A stretch of DNA of 64,000 nucleotides from Bacillota bacterium (GTDB lineage Bacteria; Bacillota; Ch66; Ch109), in assembly GCA_050952625.1 (NCBI GenBank), contig JBMNLH010000001.1, positions 1,120,001 to 1,184,000 on the forward strand. The letters run 5' to 3'. Positions 38,343 through 48,417 of this stretch are shown here, one piece after another. Within the stretch, counting starts at the first letter, position 1; every line of letters starts with the position of its first letter. The position numbers and the translations under genes are program-made. The notes beneath the pieces are model-generated. The model worked only from the letters and a program-made list of their open reading frames with translations, was not told where the DNA came from and did not search any database.

Positions 38343-40550
38343 ATGGAGGGTCTGTTGCATTTTTTTAGCTACTCAGCTAGTTTTGCAGAAGCATCCGAGG
38401 AGGCTGTAAGGCTGATCACTCGTGTTTCCCCCACCAACATTCCCTGGGCCCATATGTATCTGTTAATCATGTGGATTCCGCTGCTTGCTTTCCTTTACGG
38501 TTTTTATATCCGGTGCCGGATGTATGGCGTAGGAAAACCTGAGATGCGGACAGACGAGGTGGGAACACGTATCGGCTCCTGGTTAAAGTATACCTTTGGA
38601 CATGGTCGAATTACCCGGGAAGCTTTACCTGGCTGGAGCCATTTTGCACTATTCTGGGGCTGGGTACTGATGTTTGCCCTAACTGGAACAGTTGCTATTA
38701 CCTCAACCGTACGTGAAGTAAGTGAAATGTTATTTGGTATTCATATACCGAAAATGACCGGTAACTTCTTTATTGGTTTCCATTTAATTGGGGAAATTGC
38801 TGGTATTGTCGCGATTATCGGTGTTTTGTATTTGATTTATCGACGTTATGTCATCAAGCCTGATCGGCTCAATGATACGCGAGAGGAAGACGGTTGGATA
38901 CTCGCACTTGTTTTGGTAATTATGCTAACCGGATATTTTATAGAAGCTCTCCGGATCACTGGTCAGTTGATGGCTATGGGTGGCGGAGTAGTTACTGCTA
39001 CAGCATTAGCCCAACTAGCACCGATAGATAAAGCTGCTCATCCAATTGGTTGGACCATCGCAACTCTCTTCTATAATTTACCTTTTGACACTGTTACCAT
39101 CTGGCACCGGATGCTATGGTGGTTCCATATGTTTATCGCCTTCCTGTTTATTGGCTTGATCCCTCAAACCAAATTATGGCACATCATGGCCGGTATGCTA
39201 AACTATTTCTTCCGCAACCTCGGACCCAAAGGTGCAGTTAAACCAATTCCAAATATTGAAGAAGCGGAAACTTTTGGGGTAGAAGCAATTGAAGAGTTTA
39301 CTTGGAAGGATATGCTGGATTTTGATACCTGTATCCGTTGTGGACGTTGTCAGGATAACTGCCCAGCTTACCTAACTGGTAAGGCTTTGAACCCGAAAAT
39401 GTTAATTCAAGATCTTAAGGAGCACTGGCTAGAAAAGGCCCCGTATTTACTGGCTCAGAAGAAAGCTGCGGCCGCCGATGCCGGAGAAGCAGTAGGGGCT
39501 ATGTCTGATGAGGGTGCTGTAGACGTGATGGAAAAGGCCTTGATCGGCGATGTGATCTCAGAAACAGCGATTTGGGATTGCACTAACTGCCGGGCTTGTA
39601 TGGAAATGTGCCCGATGTTCATTGAGCATATTCCGAAAACTATTGAAATGCGCCGGAATTTGGTTATGTGGCAGAGTTCCTTCCCGAGTGAAGCACAACT
39701 GGTCTTCCGGGGTATGGAAAATAATAGTAACCCCTGGAACGTGGGTTGGGCTGACCGAGATAAGTGGGCTGAAGGCTTAGATGTCCCGTTGTGGTCTGAG
39801 ATTCCGGAAAACGAACGACACAATTATTATCTCTACTATGTCGGTTGTTCCGGTGCGTTTGACGATCGCAATAAGAAAGTCGCTAAAGCTGTCGTCCAGA
39901 TTCTGAATAAAGCTGGCATTAAATTTGCTATTCTGGGTACCGAAGAAAAATGCTGTGGCGACTCAGCTCGACGCTTGGGGAATGAGTACCTGTATTATCA
40001 GTTAGTCACCGAAGCCGTTGAAACAATGAATGGCTATGGTGTCCAAAAGATCATTGCTGCTTGTCCGCACTGTCTGAATACCCTGAAAAATGAGTATCCA
40101 CAGTTTGGAGGCAATTATGAGGTAATTCACCATACCCAATTAATTGCTGATTTAATCAAGAGCGGTAAGATTCGTTTAACCAAGCCGTTGAACAAAACCT
40201 TAACCTATCATGACTCTTGTTTCCTAGGCCGTCACAATGATGAGTATGATGCCCCCAGACAAATTCTAGCAGCTATTCCAGGAGTTAAACTTGAAGAAAT
40301 GGATCGGAACCGTGAAAAAGGCTTCTGTTGCGGTGCCGGTGGTGGCCGGATGTGGCTGGAAGAACACGTTCACGAAGGACAAAAACGGATCAATATTGCT
40401 CGGACGGAGCAAGCTTTGGACAAAAATCCTGAAATCATTGCCGCTAATTGTCCTTTCTGTATCCAGATGTTTGAAGATGGTGTGAAATCTAAAGATCTCG
40501 AAGAATTCCCGGTCCGAGATCTGGCCGAATTGGTCGTAGAGGCGATGTAG
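38343..40550 (+). CDS. Membrane Fe-S/heme b oxidoreductase (DUF224; ETF:menaquinone oxidoreductase-like)
   Basis: N-terminal NarI-like TM domain with His residues, CIRCGRCQDNCP and CTNCRACMEMCP, two CCG domains (EKCCG, FCCGAGGG); directly follows etfBA. Confidence 0.85.
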   Translation: MEGLLHFFSYSASFAEASEEAVRLITRVSPTNIPWAHMYLLIMWIPLLAFLYGFYIRCRMYGVGKPEMRTDEVGTRIGSWLKYTFGHGRITREALPGWSHFALFWGWVLMFALTGTVAITSTVREVSEMLFGIHIPKMTGNFFIGFHLIGEIAGIVAIIGVLYLIYRRYVIKPDRLNDTREEDGWILALVLVIMLTGYFIEALRITGQLMAMGGGVVTATALAQLAPIDKAAHPIGWTIATLFYNLPFDTVTIWHRMLWWFHMFIAFLFIGLIPQTKLWHIMAGMLNYFFRNLGPKGAVKPIPNIEEAETFGVEAIEEFTWKDMLDFDTCIRCGRCQDNCPAYLTGKALNPKMLIQDLKEHWLEKAPYLLAQKKAAAADAGEAVGAMSDEGAVDVMEKALIGDVISETAIWDCTNCRACMEMCPMFIEHIPKTIEMRRNLVMWQSSFPSEAQLVFRGMENNSNPWNVGWADRDKWAEGLDVPLWSEIPENERHNYYLYYVGCSGAFDDRNKKVAKAVVQILNKAGIKFAILGTEEKCCGDSARRLGNEYLYYQLVTEAVETMNGYGVQKIIAACPHCLNTLKNEYPQFGGNYEVIHHTQLIADLIKSGKIRLTKPLNKTLTYHDSCFLGRHNDEYDAPRQILAAIPGVKLEEMDRNREKGFCCGAGGGRMWLEEHVHEGQKRINIARTEQALDKNPEIIAANCPFCIQMFEDGVKSKDLEEFPVRDLAELVVEAM

Positions 40551-40608
40551 GGTTTAGAGAAAACTTAATTCAGGATATTGCTTGAGACGAACGTGTCAAA
40601 TAAGATAT

Positions 40609-40639
40609 TTAGTGACAGCCCCATAAAGGCTGTCACTAA
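40609..40639. terminator. Hairpin terminator after the etf-EMO operon
   Basis: TTAGTGACAGCC-CCATAAA-GGCTGTCACTAA. Confidence 0.65.
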
Positions 40640-40704
40640 CACCATCAATGTGTTCCAAAACATTAGAATCTAACTCAAAGATTTGACAGAAAATGCTGGA
40701 AGCA

Positions 40705-40732
40705 GCAGGAATTTTGGAGAACCTTGTAGAAT
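40705..40732 (+). promoter_or_regulatory. SigH-type promoter (thiolase)
   Basis: GCAGGAATTTT...GTAGAATA with 18-bp spacing. Confidence 0.55.
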
Positions 40733-40918
40733 AAATACACCTTAAGGCAAAGTTTATACAAGGATACTGCCTTCTCTTCTCAGAGTCCAGAAGTAAAAGG
40801 CTAAGATTAGACAAGAACGAAGGAGGTGAAGGGTGGCTGCACCTCGTGGAGGAGGGTTTCGAGTTTTAACAAAGATGTATTAAGACCCTGAGAAATTAAA
40901 AAATGGAGGTTAGAAATC

Positions 40919-42109
40919 ATGGCAAACGCTGTAATCGTTAGTGCAGTTCGGACACCGGTTGGAAGTTTTGGCGGTAGTTTAAAGGGACTTGGCGCATGCA
41001 AAATAGGGGCTATTGCGATTAAGGAAGCTTTAAATCGGATTAATCTGGATCCGGCAAAAGTCGAAGAAGTAATATTTGGTTGTGTTCTCCAGGGTGGATT
41101 AGGTCAGAATATTGCTCGTCAATGTTCACTTGCTGCAGGGATCCCAGTGGAAGTACCGGCAATGACGATTAATAAAGTTTGTGGCTCTGGCCTACGAAGT
41201 GTATCTATTGCTGCTCAGTTCATTCAAAACGGCGACGCTGATATCATCGTCGCCGGTGGTACCGAAAACATGTCCGATGCTCCCTTTGTTCTGGATGATG
41301 CTCGTTGGGGCTTCCGGATGGCCAGTCCGAAAACTGGTTTTGGCAAAGTAAAAGACATGATGATTTATGATGGGATCTGGGATGTATACAACCAGTACCA
41401 CATGGGCAATACAGCTGAGAATGTGGCTGCCCAGTATGGCCTGACAAGGGATGAGTTAGATGAGGGCGGGGTTGCCAGTCAGAATAAAGCGGAAGCAGCG
41501 ATTAAAGCTGGTAAATTTAAAGATGAAATCGTTCCGGTAGAAATCAAGACCAAAAAAGGCACAGTCGTATTTGATACCGATGAGTTTGTCCGTTTTGGGG
41601 CCACCAAAGAAGCCCTTAGCAAGCTAAAACCAGCTTTTAAAGATGGCGGCGTTGTAACAGCCGGTAATGCTTCTGGGGTTAATGACGGTGCTGCAGCAAT
41701 CGTTGTTATGTCTGAAGAAAAAGCAAAAGAATTAGGATTGACCCCACTTGCTAAAATTATTGGCTGGGCTTCCGGCGGTGTTGATCCGAAGGTTATGGGT
41801 CTTGGCCCGATTCCAGCTGTACGGAATCTTATGGCTAAAACCGGCCTGAAAGTTGAAGACTTCGATCTGATTGAAGCCAACGAAGCTTTTATGGCTCAAT
41901 GGATCGCTGTAGGCCGAGAGCTAGGCTTTGACCTCAGTAAGGTCAACGTTAATGGTGGCGCAACGGCCATCGGTCACCCAATTGGGGCATCCGGTGCCCG
42001 GATTTTAGTAACCCTGCTTTATGAAATGAAACGTCGGGGAGCGAAGAAAGGTCTGGCTACCCTCTGCATCGGCGGCGGCATGGGAACTGCGCTAGCAGTC
42101 GAAATGTAG
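40919..42109 (+). CDS. thl: Acetyl-CoA C-acetyltransferase (thiolase)
   Basis: [33 protein letters not shown] and LCIGGGMG. Confidence 0.93.
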   Translation: MANAVIVSAVRTPVGSFGGSLKGLGACKIGAIAIKEALNRINLDPAKVEEVIFGCVLQGGLGQNIARQCSLAAGIPVEVPAMTINKVCGSGLRSVSIAAQFIQNGDADIIVAGGTENMSDAPFVLDDARWGFRMASPKTGFGKVKDMMIYDGIWDVYNQYHMGNTAENVAAQYGLTRDELDEGGVASQNKAEAAIKAGKFKDEIVPVEIKTKKGTVVFDTDEFVRFGATKEALSKLKPAFKDGGVVTAGNASGVNDGAAAIVVMSEEKAKELGLTPLAKIIGWASGGVDPKVMGLGPIPAVRNLMAKTGLKVEDFDLIEANEAFMAQWIAVGRELGFDLSKVNVNGGATAIGHPIGASGARILVTLLYEMKRRGAKKGLATLCIGGGMGTALAVEM

Positions 42110-42503
42110 GTTAGTATTTGTCAGTCATGTAAGAGTTATCGAGCCTTCATCTAGACGGTTAATGTAAAACCAAGATGGTACCACGGGTTTACCGACCGTC
42201 GAAGAACCAGGACAAGATAATTGTAAAGTAGATGTATGATAGGGTGTCCCCTTGGAGCCGGGGCCATCGGACAACCTGTAGGGCTGTTCAAGCACCGTAA
42301 TCCAACCGGGACACCCGCTTTGTTTACATAATTGTAATGGCATTTATACAATTCATTAATTTCGGAAAAAATACTTTATATAAATAGCTAATAAGGTTAA
42401 TAATTAACTGAAACAAGTTCGAAAATATGGTTTGTCTGGGGTCTTACCCGGGCAGCCTGTGTATATGCGAATGTCGGAATGCCAAAAAGGGGGATGCAAA
42501 ACA

Positions 42504-42995
42504 TTGAAAATCGGCGTCTACCCGGGGAGCTTCGATCCAGTTACAAATGGACATCTGGATATACTGGAGCGGGCGTCGAAGCTATTTGATCAAGTCATTG
42601 TGGCGGTAATTCATAATCCACAAAAAAACGGTTTTTTTTCAATTGAAGAAAGAGTAGCACTTTTAGAAGAAGTGACCCGGCATATTCCGAGGGTAATAGT
42701 GGACTCTTTTACCGGGTTGTTGATGGACTATGTGGTTAGTAAAAAGGCACAAGCAGTTATTCGGGGTTTAAGAGCGGTTAGCGACTTTGATTACGAAATG
42801 CAAATGGCTCTGATGAATAATAAACTTTGTCCATCAGTCGAGACGATTTTTATTATCTCATGTCCCCAGTATATTTATTTGAGCTCGACTAAAATTAAAG
42901 AAGTGGCTATATTAGGTGGATCAATCAATGGTTTGGTTCCTAAGCATGTGGAACAAAAACTAATCGATAAAATACGTAATACTAATAAGTTCTAA
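42504..42995 (+). CDS. coaD: Phosphopantetheine adenylyltransferase
   Basis: YPGSFDPVTNGH, IRGLRAVSDFDYE.QMA and LSS..IKE; TTG start after AAGGGGG. Confidence 0.95.
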   Translation: MKIGVYPGSFDPVTNGHLDILERASKLFDQVIVAVIHNPQKNGFFSIEERVALLEEVTRHIPRVIVDSFTGLLMDYVVSKKAQAVIRGLRAVSDFDYEMQMALMNNKLCPSVETIFIISCPQYIYLSSTKIKEVAILGGSINGLVPKHVEQKLIDKIRNTNKF

Positions 42996-43091
42996 TGTTA
43001 ACAAAGATATTAAAAATATTATTATGCATTAATTTACGCTAAAGATGTGTTTTTTTTCACAAATTTAAAAGGCATAAGTAATAGTTTTTTA

Positions 43092-43207
43092 AGTGAACAT
43101 GTTGCTTTGTTGAACATCGAGGCTTCAGATGGAGAATCTACCTCTCCTAAAATTTAACAAGGGTAACCCCCAATTATAGAAGTGAGAGTCTTTTTAATTC
43201 AGAGTAA
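43092..43207 (+). repeat. MITE-like repeat, copy 4
   Basis: AGTGAAC...TGAACATCGAGGCTTCAGATGGAGAATCTAC...GTAACCCCCAATTATAGAAGTGAGAGTC..ATTCAGA. Confidence 0.8.
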
Positions 43208-43291
43208 CCGGAGGGCTTAACAATGAAGGCCTAATCAGGTTATGGCAAGATTATATTAGCTTACTTAAACCATTTTTTCTAATGCGATAGC

Positions 43292-43320
43292 TTGACAACT
43301 ATCTGCGAAGGGATTATACT
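43292..43320 (+). promoter_or_regulatory. SigA promoter of tRNA-Leu
   Basis: TTGACA-17-TATACT. Confidence 0.75.
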
Positions 43321-43341
43321 ACATATCGTGAGCTAGGAAAT

Positions 43342-43429
43342 GCGGCAGTGGCGGAATTGGCAGACGCGCTAGATTCAGGGTCTAGTGGCTCTTGGGGTCG
43401 TGGGGGTTCAAGTCCCTTCTGCCGCACCA
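43342..43429 (+). tRNA. tRNA-Leu(CAG)
   Basis: Acceptor stem GCGGCAG/CTGCCGC plus ACCA; anticodon arm CTAGA-TTCAGGG-TCTAG; long variable arm. Confidence 0.95.
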
Positions 43430-43438
43430 ATTGAATGT

Positions 43439-43479
43439 AAACCGAAGTCAATTAAACATTAGACTTCGGTTTTTATTTT
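43439..43479 (+). terminator. Intrinsic terminator after tRNA-Leu
   Basis: AAACCGAAGTC...GACTTCGGTTTTTT. Confidence 0.75.
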
Positions 43480-43697
43480 AATCAAAAATATGTACTTATA
43501 TCTGAGTAAAAAAGTATTTTCTTTTTGACTCTAAGTTATTATTATAGTATTAATGTCCAGTTTGGTAATCATTTCGGTTAGTATATACAACAATGTATAC
43601 ATATAATGTATACGTGCTTGTGCAAAAACCGACAATTATTGACATCTGGTTAGGGTTTGTGGCACAATGCATGTTATAGAAAGGAGGGATATAGGGA

Positions 43698-44054
43698 ATG
43701 ACTAATGAATTTGCGGGTATAGGTGTCTTTTTTTTAGTAGCACTAATTTTTGGAATTTTAGCGATTGCGACTGCTCGGCTGATTAATCCAAAACGACCAA
43801 ACCCTATTAAACAGGATACTTATGAATGCGGTTTGAAAACCGAAGGAGAGACTTGGGTTCAGTTTCGTTCACAATATTTCTTATATGGTCTGGTGTTTGT
43901 GGCCTTTGACGTTGAATGTGTATTTCTGTATCCATGGGCAGTCAAATTTCAAAGCCTTGGCTTATTTGCTTTTATAGAAATGATCATTTTTATCGCGATT
44001 TTATTATTAGGCCTGTGGTACGCTTGGAAGGAGGGTGCTTTAGAATGGGTATAA
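43698..44054 (+). CDS. nuoA: NADH-quinone oxidoreductase-like subunit A
   Basis: K..TYECG, FDVE..FLYPWA and [10 protein letters not shown]. Confidence 0.95.
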   Translation: MTNEFAGIGVFFLVALIFGILAIATARLINPKRPNPIKQDTYECGLKTEGETWVQFRSQYFLYGLVFVAFDVECVFLYPWAVKFQSLGLFAFIEMIIFIAILLLGLWYAWKEGALEWV

Positions 44055-44566
44055 ATGCCGAGCAACCGGCAGATGCCAAGCAGTTACTTAAGCACAACAT
44101 TATTTTAACCTCAATTGAGAAAGTATTAGACTGGGGTAGAGCTCATTCTTTATGGCCGTTGACATTTGGAATAGCCTGTTGTGCGATAGAAATGATGTCG
44201 ACGACAAATTCACGCTATGATCTTTCCCGTTTTGGTTCCGAATTATTTAGACCATCACCGCGACATGCAGATTTAATTATAATTCCCGGATCAGTTAACA
44301 AAAAACTTCAGCCTTTGGTTGAAAGGGTATACAACCAAATGGCTGATCCAAAGTATGTTATAGCTATGGGCAATTGCGCCATTAGTGGCGGGCCATACCG
44401 CGATTCATATGTAGTTTTACCTGGGGTAAATACCTTTCTTCCAGTAGATGTCTATATACCTGGCTGCCCCCCGCGACCGGAGGCTTTAATCTACGGTGTA
44501 TTGAAACTTAGAGAAAAAATTATGCATCCCGAAAGAGCGGTGAAGGTGAGTCAAGATGAGCAATAA
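44045..44566 (+). CDS. nuoB: Complex I subunit B
   Basis: [28 protein letters not shown] and [10 protein letters not shown]; ATG at 44045. Confidence 0.93.
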   Translation: MGINAEQPADAKQLLKHNIILTSIEKVLDWGRAHSLWPLTFGIACCAIEMMSTTNSRYDLSRFGSELFRPSPRHADLIIIPGSVNKKLQPLVERVYNQMADPKYVIAMGNCAISGGPYRDSYVVLPGVNTFLPVDVYIPGCPPRPEALIYGVLKLREKIMHPERAVKVSQDEQ

Positions 44567-45002
44567 TTTAATGCATCCTGAAACAATTAGTAAACTGGCC
44601 TCACGATACTTTAGTCTCACAATAATTCCCGATCAACATACTACGAAGATTCAGGTTGAAGAAAACGATATGGTATATCTGATGGAGCAATTAAAAAATG
44701 CTCCAGAACTACATTTTGAACTGTTGCTTGACATTACTGCGGTTGATTATAAAGACCATTATATGATTGTTTATAATCTCTTTTCATTAAAACACGGCCA
44801 TAAAATTATGGTAATGTGTCGGATTGGACATGAAAACCCCTCAATCGTAACCATTTCCGATCTTTACCCAGCTGCCGAGGTGTTAGAGTGTGAGGTTTAT
44901 GATCTTATGGGAATAGAATTTATTAGTCATCCCAATTTGCGACGGATATTACTTTCAGAAGATTTTGAGGGATATCCTTTAAGAAAGGATTTTAAAAATT
45001 AA
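44556..45002 (+). CDS. nuoC: Complex I subunit C
   Basis: DITAVDY and [27 protein letters not shown]. Confidence 0.92.
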   Translation: MSNNLMHPETISKLASRYFSLTIIPDQHTTKIQVEENDMVYLMEQLKNAPELHFELLLDITAVDYKDHYMIVYNLFSLKHGHKIMVMCRIGHENPSIVTISDLYPAAEVLECEVYDLMGIEFISHPNLRRILLSEDFEGYPLRKDFKN

Positions 45003-45031
45003 ATTAATAATACCTGATTGGAGGTGAGTCT

Positions 45032-46129
45032 GTGCCAAGAACTCAGGAATTGAATTTGAATATGGGACCACAACATCCTAGTACTCATGGTGTTTTTCGA
45101 TGTGTCATAACCCTCGATGGAGAGACAGTTACCAGGGTGGAAAACCATATTGGCTATCTGCACCGGGGAATAGAAAAAATCGCCGAATCAAAAACCTATC
45201 CTCAATTTATTCCGTACACTGATCGAATGGACTATCTTTGCTCGATGGTTTATAACCAGGGCTATGTAGAAACCATTGAACAAATGCTGGGTATTGAGGT
45301 ACCTGAGCGAGCAGAGTACATTCGGGTAATCATGGCGGAACTGTCTCGGATCGCTTCCCATCTAGTCATGGTGGCCACTATGGCTATTGACTTAGCCGGT
45401 ACCTCTAACTGGATGTATTGCTTCCGGGAAAGAGAGAAGATCTTGGATCTTTTTGAAATGACTTGTGGGTCGCGGATGACCTTTAGTTATATGCGATTCG
45501 GTGGAGTGTCTGAGGATCTTCCCGAAGAGTTTATTCCGGCTTGTAGAAAATTTATTAACGAGTTTCCGGAAAAGATGAATGAAGTTCACGAATTATTGAC
45601 GGGTAACGAGATTTTTCAGGCCCGGACCAAAGGGATAGGTGTTTTGCCCCCGGACATGGCTGTGGCTTACGGTATTACTGGGCCGAACTTGCGCGCCAGT
45701 GGTGTTCCTTATGATGTCCGTAAGAATCAACCTTATAGTATTTATGAACGATTTGATTTTAAACTGCCCGTCCGTTTTAACGGCGATTGTTTTGATCGGT
45801 ACCTTCTTCGTTTTGATGAAATGGAACAGAGCTGCCGAATTATTGAACAAGCTTTAGATAGCTTGCCAGAAGGAGAGATAAAGGGTAAAGTACCCAAGAT
45901 GATTAAAGTCCCGCCAGGCGAGGTTTACCATCAGGTAGAGTCATCCAAAGGAGCATTGGGTTTTTTCTTGGTTAGTGACGGTTCCAATAAGCCATATCGA
46001 TTACATGTTCGCGGCCCATCATTTGTCAATATGGGGGTCTTTCCGGAATTGGCCAAAGGTTGGAAAATACAGGATGTTATATCAATACTAGCTTCCCTTG
46101 ATCCCGTTCTGGGTGAGGTGGATAGGTAA
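45032..46129 (+). CDS. nuoD: Complex I subunit D
   Basis: [21 protein letters not shown] and DP.LGEVDR; no NiFe CxxC motifs. Confidence 0.95.
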   Translation: MPRTQELNLNMGPQHPSTHGVFRCVITLDGETVTRVENHIGYLHRGIEKIAESKTYPQFIPYTDRMDYLCSMVYNQGYVETIEQMLGIEVPERAEYIRVIMAELSRIASHLVMVATMAIDLAGTSNWMYCFREREKILDLFEMTCGSRMTFSYMRFGGVSEDLPEEFIPACRKFINEFPEKMNEVHELLTGNEIFQARTKGIGVLPPDMAVAYGITGPNLRASGVPYDVRKNQPYSIYERFDFKLPVRFNGDCFDRYLLRFDEMEQSCRIIEQALDSLPEGEIKGKVPKMIKVPPGEVYHQVESSKGALGFFLVSDGSNKPYRLHVRGPSFVNMGVFPELAKGWKIQDVISILASLDPVLGEVDR

Positions 46130-46135
46130 GGAGCA

Positions 46136-47188
46136 GTGGGCATGGAACTACTCGAACGCCTTTTTGTAAATATTGCTGGATTAGCCCGAACGCTTATGGC
46201 CGGGTGGTCAATACCGAATAGCGTCATTGAATTAGTGGTGTTAATCTTAGGGATTATCGCCATAATTGGCTTGATTATTGTTGATGCTATAATTTTAGTT
46301 TGGTTGGAACGAAAAGTAGCCGGATTTATTCAAGAACGTCCGGGACCGAATCGGCTAGGACCGGCTGGATTCTTTCAAACGATAGCTGATACCTTTAAGT
46401 TATTAGGGAAAGAAGATGTGATTCCGCGTTCTGCAGACCGTTGGGTCTTTAGGCTGGCCGCCCCTTTGGTCTTTGTCCCGGCGATAATGCTCTATGCGGT
46501 TATTCCTTTTGGCAAAGATATGGTACCAGTTGATCTTAATGTGGGCCTTTTCTATTGTTTTTCGATCGCCTCTTTGGGTACCATGTCATTTTTGATGGCC
46601 GGGTGGGGTTCCCATAATAAATACTCTCTCCTCGGCGGAATGCGAACCGTTGCCCAGATGATCAGTTATGAGATCCCGCTTCTGCTCTCTGTGCTTGGGG
46701 TAGTGATGATTGTTGGTTCACTAAACCTTTCAGATATTGTCGCGGCCCAAAAAAATGTTTGGTTTATCATAATTCAACCGGTTGCATTTGTAATCTACTT
46801 AATCGCCGCAACAGCTGAGCTGAACAGAGGGCCATTTGACCTCCCCGAGGGAGAACAGGAACTAGTAGCCGGAGTCTATACTGAATTTAGTGGGATGCGC
46901 TGGGCTCTTTTCTTCCTGGCCGAGTATACTAACATGGTTGCTACGGCAGCCATCGCCGTTACCCTGTTCTTTGGCGGTTGGCACGGACCCTGGTTACCTT
47001 CTTGGATGTGGTTTTTCCTAAAAGTCTATCTTATTATCTTCTTTTTTATGGTCATTAAATGGACTTATCCCCGCATTAGAGTGGACCATTTAATGCACTT
47101 TGGGTGGAAATTTTTGATTCCTTTGTCTTTGGCTAATCTACTGCTAACCGGAGTAGGGATTGAGATTTATCGGGTTATGAGGGGGTGA
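46136..47188 (+). CDS. nuoH: Complex I subunit H
   Basis: ERKV...Q.R.GPNR.GP, AQMISYE and [14 protein letters not shown]. Confidence 0.95.
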   Translation: MGMELLERLFVNIAGLARTLMAGWSIPNSVIELVVLILGIIAIIGLIIVDAIILVWLERKVAGFIQERPGPNRLGPAGFFQTIADTFKLLGKEDVIPRSADRWVFRLAAPLVFVPAIMLYAVIPFGKDMVPVDLNVGLFYCFSIASLGTMSFLMAGWGSHNKYSLLGGMRTVAQMISYEIPLLLSVLGVVMIVGSLNLSDIVAAQKNVWFIIIQPVAFVIYLIAATAELNRGPFDLPEGEQELVAGVYTEFSGMRWALFFLAEYTNMVATAAIAVTLFFGGWHGPWLPSWMWFFLKVYLIIFFFMVIKWTYPRIRVDHLMHFGWKFLIPLSLANLLLTGVGIEIYRVMRG

Positions 47189-47192
47189 GCAA

Positions 47193-47588
47193 ATGTATGG
47201 AGAAGGTCTTATAAAGGGATTAAGGGTAACCTTAAAACACTTTTTTGGCCCGCATCTTACCCAGTATTATCCGGAAGAACGACCAATTCTCCCTCCTCGG
47301 TTTCATGGCTTTCTTGCATTTGACCCGGAGAATTGTATTGTCTGTGGACTTTGTCAGACTGCCTGTCCTAACCGCGTTATTTCTTTAAAGTCAGAAAAAG
47401 GTGGGGAGGACGGCAAGAAAAGAATACTTACCGAGTATGTGATGGACTTTCGCTATTGTATGTTTTGTGGCTTGTGTATTGAGGCATGCCCAAAAGGTTG
47501 CTTAAAATTTACTCATGAGTTTGAAAAAGCAACGTATCACGCAGATGAAATAAGCCAGGTAATGCACAGGAAGAAGGTGGAAGAATGA
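47193..47588 (+). CDS. nuoI: Complex I subunit I
   Basis: CIVCGLCQTACP and CMFCGLCIEACP. Confidence 0.92.
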   Translation: MYGEGLIKGLRVTLKHFFGPHLTQYYPEERPILPPRFHGFLAFDPENCIVCGLCQTACPNRVISLKSEKGGEDGKKRILTEYVMDFRYCMFCGLCIEACPKGCLKFTHEFEKATYHADEISQVMHRKKVEE

Positions 47589-48088
47589 GCGTATCAACCA
47601 TAGTATTTTGGATTATTGCGGCGGTAATTTTAGGATCAGCGATATCTGTCGTCACTGCTCAGAATCTGGTACATGCAGCCCTATTTATGGTGCTCACCTT
47701 CTTCGGCGTCTCAGGCTTATATGTTTTACTTGAAGCAGACTTCTTGGCAGTGGTTCAAATATTAATTTATGTTGGAGCTATCGCTGTTTTGATGGTTTTT
47801 GGAGTGATGCTGACCCAAAGAAAAGGTATGGAAGAAACGAATGTTTCATCTAGCCATAAATGGGTAACCGGGATTCTAGTCACGGCTCTAATGGTAATTT
47901 TAGCCTATGCGGTTACTCGGACACCTTGGCAGGTAATTGATCAAGCAGCCCCTGAATCAACGGTCGGTCTAATAGGCGAGTTGATGCTAACTAGATTTGT
48001 GATACCTTTTGAAATCGTAGGCATTTTATTGCTAGTAGCCGTACTCGGAGCGATTATCCTGACGAAAGGAGCGAGGAGATTGCCATGA
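47585..48088 (+). CDS. nuoJ: Complex I subunit J
   Basis: A.FLAVVQILIYVGAI.VL and PFE...LLL.A..GA. Confidence 0.92.
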   Translation: MSVSTIVFWIIAAVILGSAISVVTAQNLVHAALFMVLTFFGVSGLYVLLEADFLAVVQILIYVGAIAVLMVFGVMLTQRKGMEETNVSSSHKWVTGILVTALMVILAYAVTRTPWQVIDQAAPESTVGLIGELMLTRFVIPFEIVGILLLVAVLGAIILTKGARRLP

Positions 48089-48396
48089 CCATTACCCTCA
48101 ATCACTACCTGCTTCTGGCGGCAATGCTTTTTTGTATTGGTTTATATGCGGCCCTAGCTAAAAAGAATGCCATATCTATTTTAATGGGTATTGAGTTGAT
48201 GCTTAATGCCTGTATCATTAATCTGGTGGCATTTAACCGATTTATGGCTCCAGACATGGTAGTTGGACATGTTTTCGGCGTCTTTGTCATTGCCTTGGCT
48301 GCGGCGGAGGTTGCCGTCGGTCTAGCTTTGGTCCTGACCGTATACCGAGACTTACTATCAGTCAATATAGATGATTTTAACTGGTTGAAATGGTAG
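48085..48396 (+). CDS. nuoK: Complex I subunit K
   Basis: LM.IELMLNA and AAAEVAVGLA. Confidence 0.93.
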   Translation: MTITLNHYLLLAAMLFCIGLYAALAKKNAISILMGIELMLNACIINLVAFNRFMAPDMVVGHVFGVFVIALAAAEVAVGLALVLTVYRDLLSVNIDDFNWLKW

Positions 48397-48417
48397 GCTT
48401 TTTTCAGAATAAGGCAG

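Noticed and set aside
10056-42220. Shared ATCTTGTC 8-mer in the three structured-RNA candidates
   Set aside because: It is too short, occurs on the opposite strand in one case, and sits in different structural contexts, so it is compatible with chance.
45032-46129. NiFe hydrogenase (Ech/Hyc) large subunit
   Set aside because: It lacks the N- and C-terminal CxxC Ni ligands; the motifs are those of NuoD.
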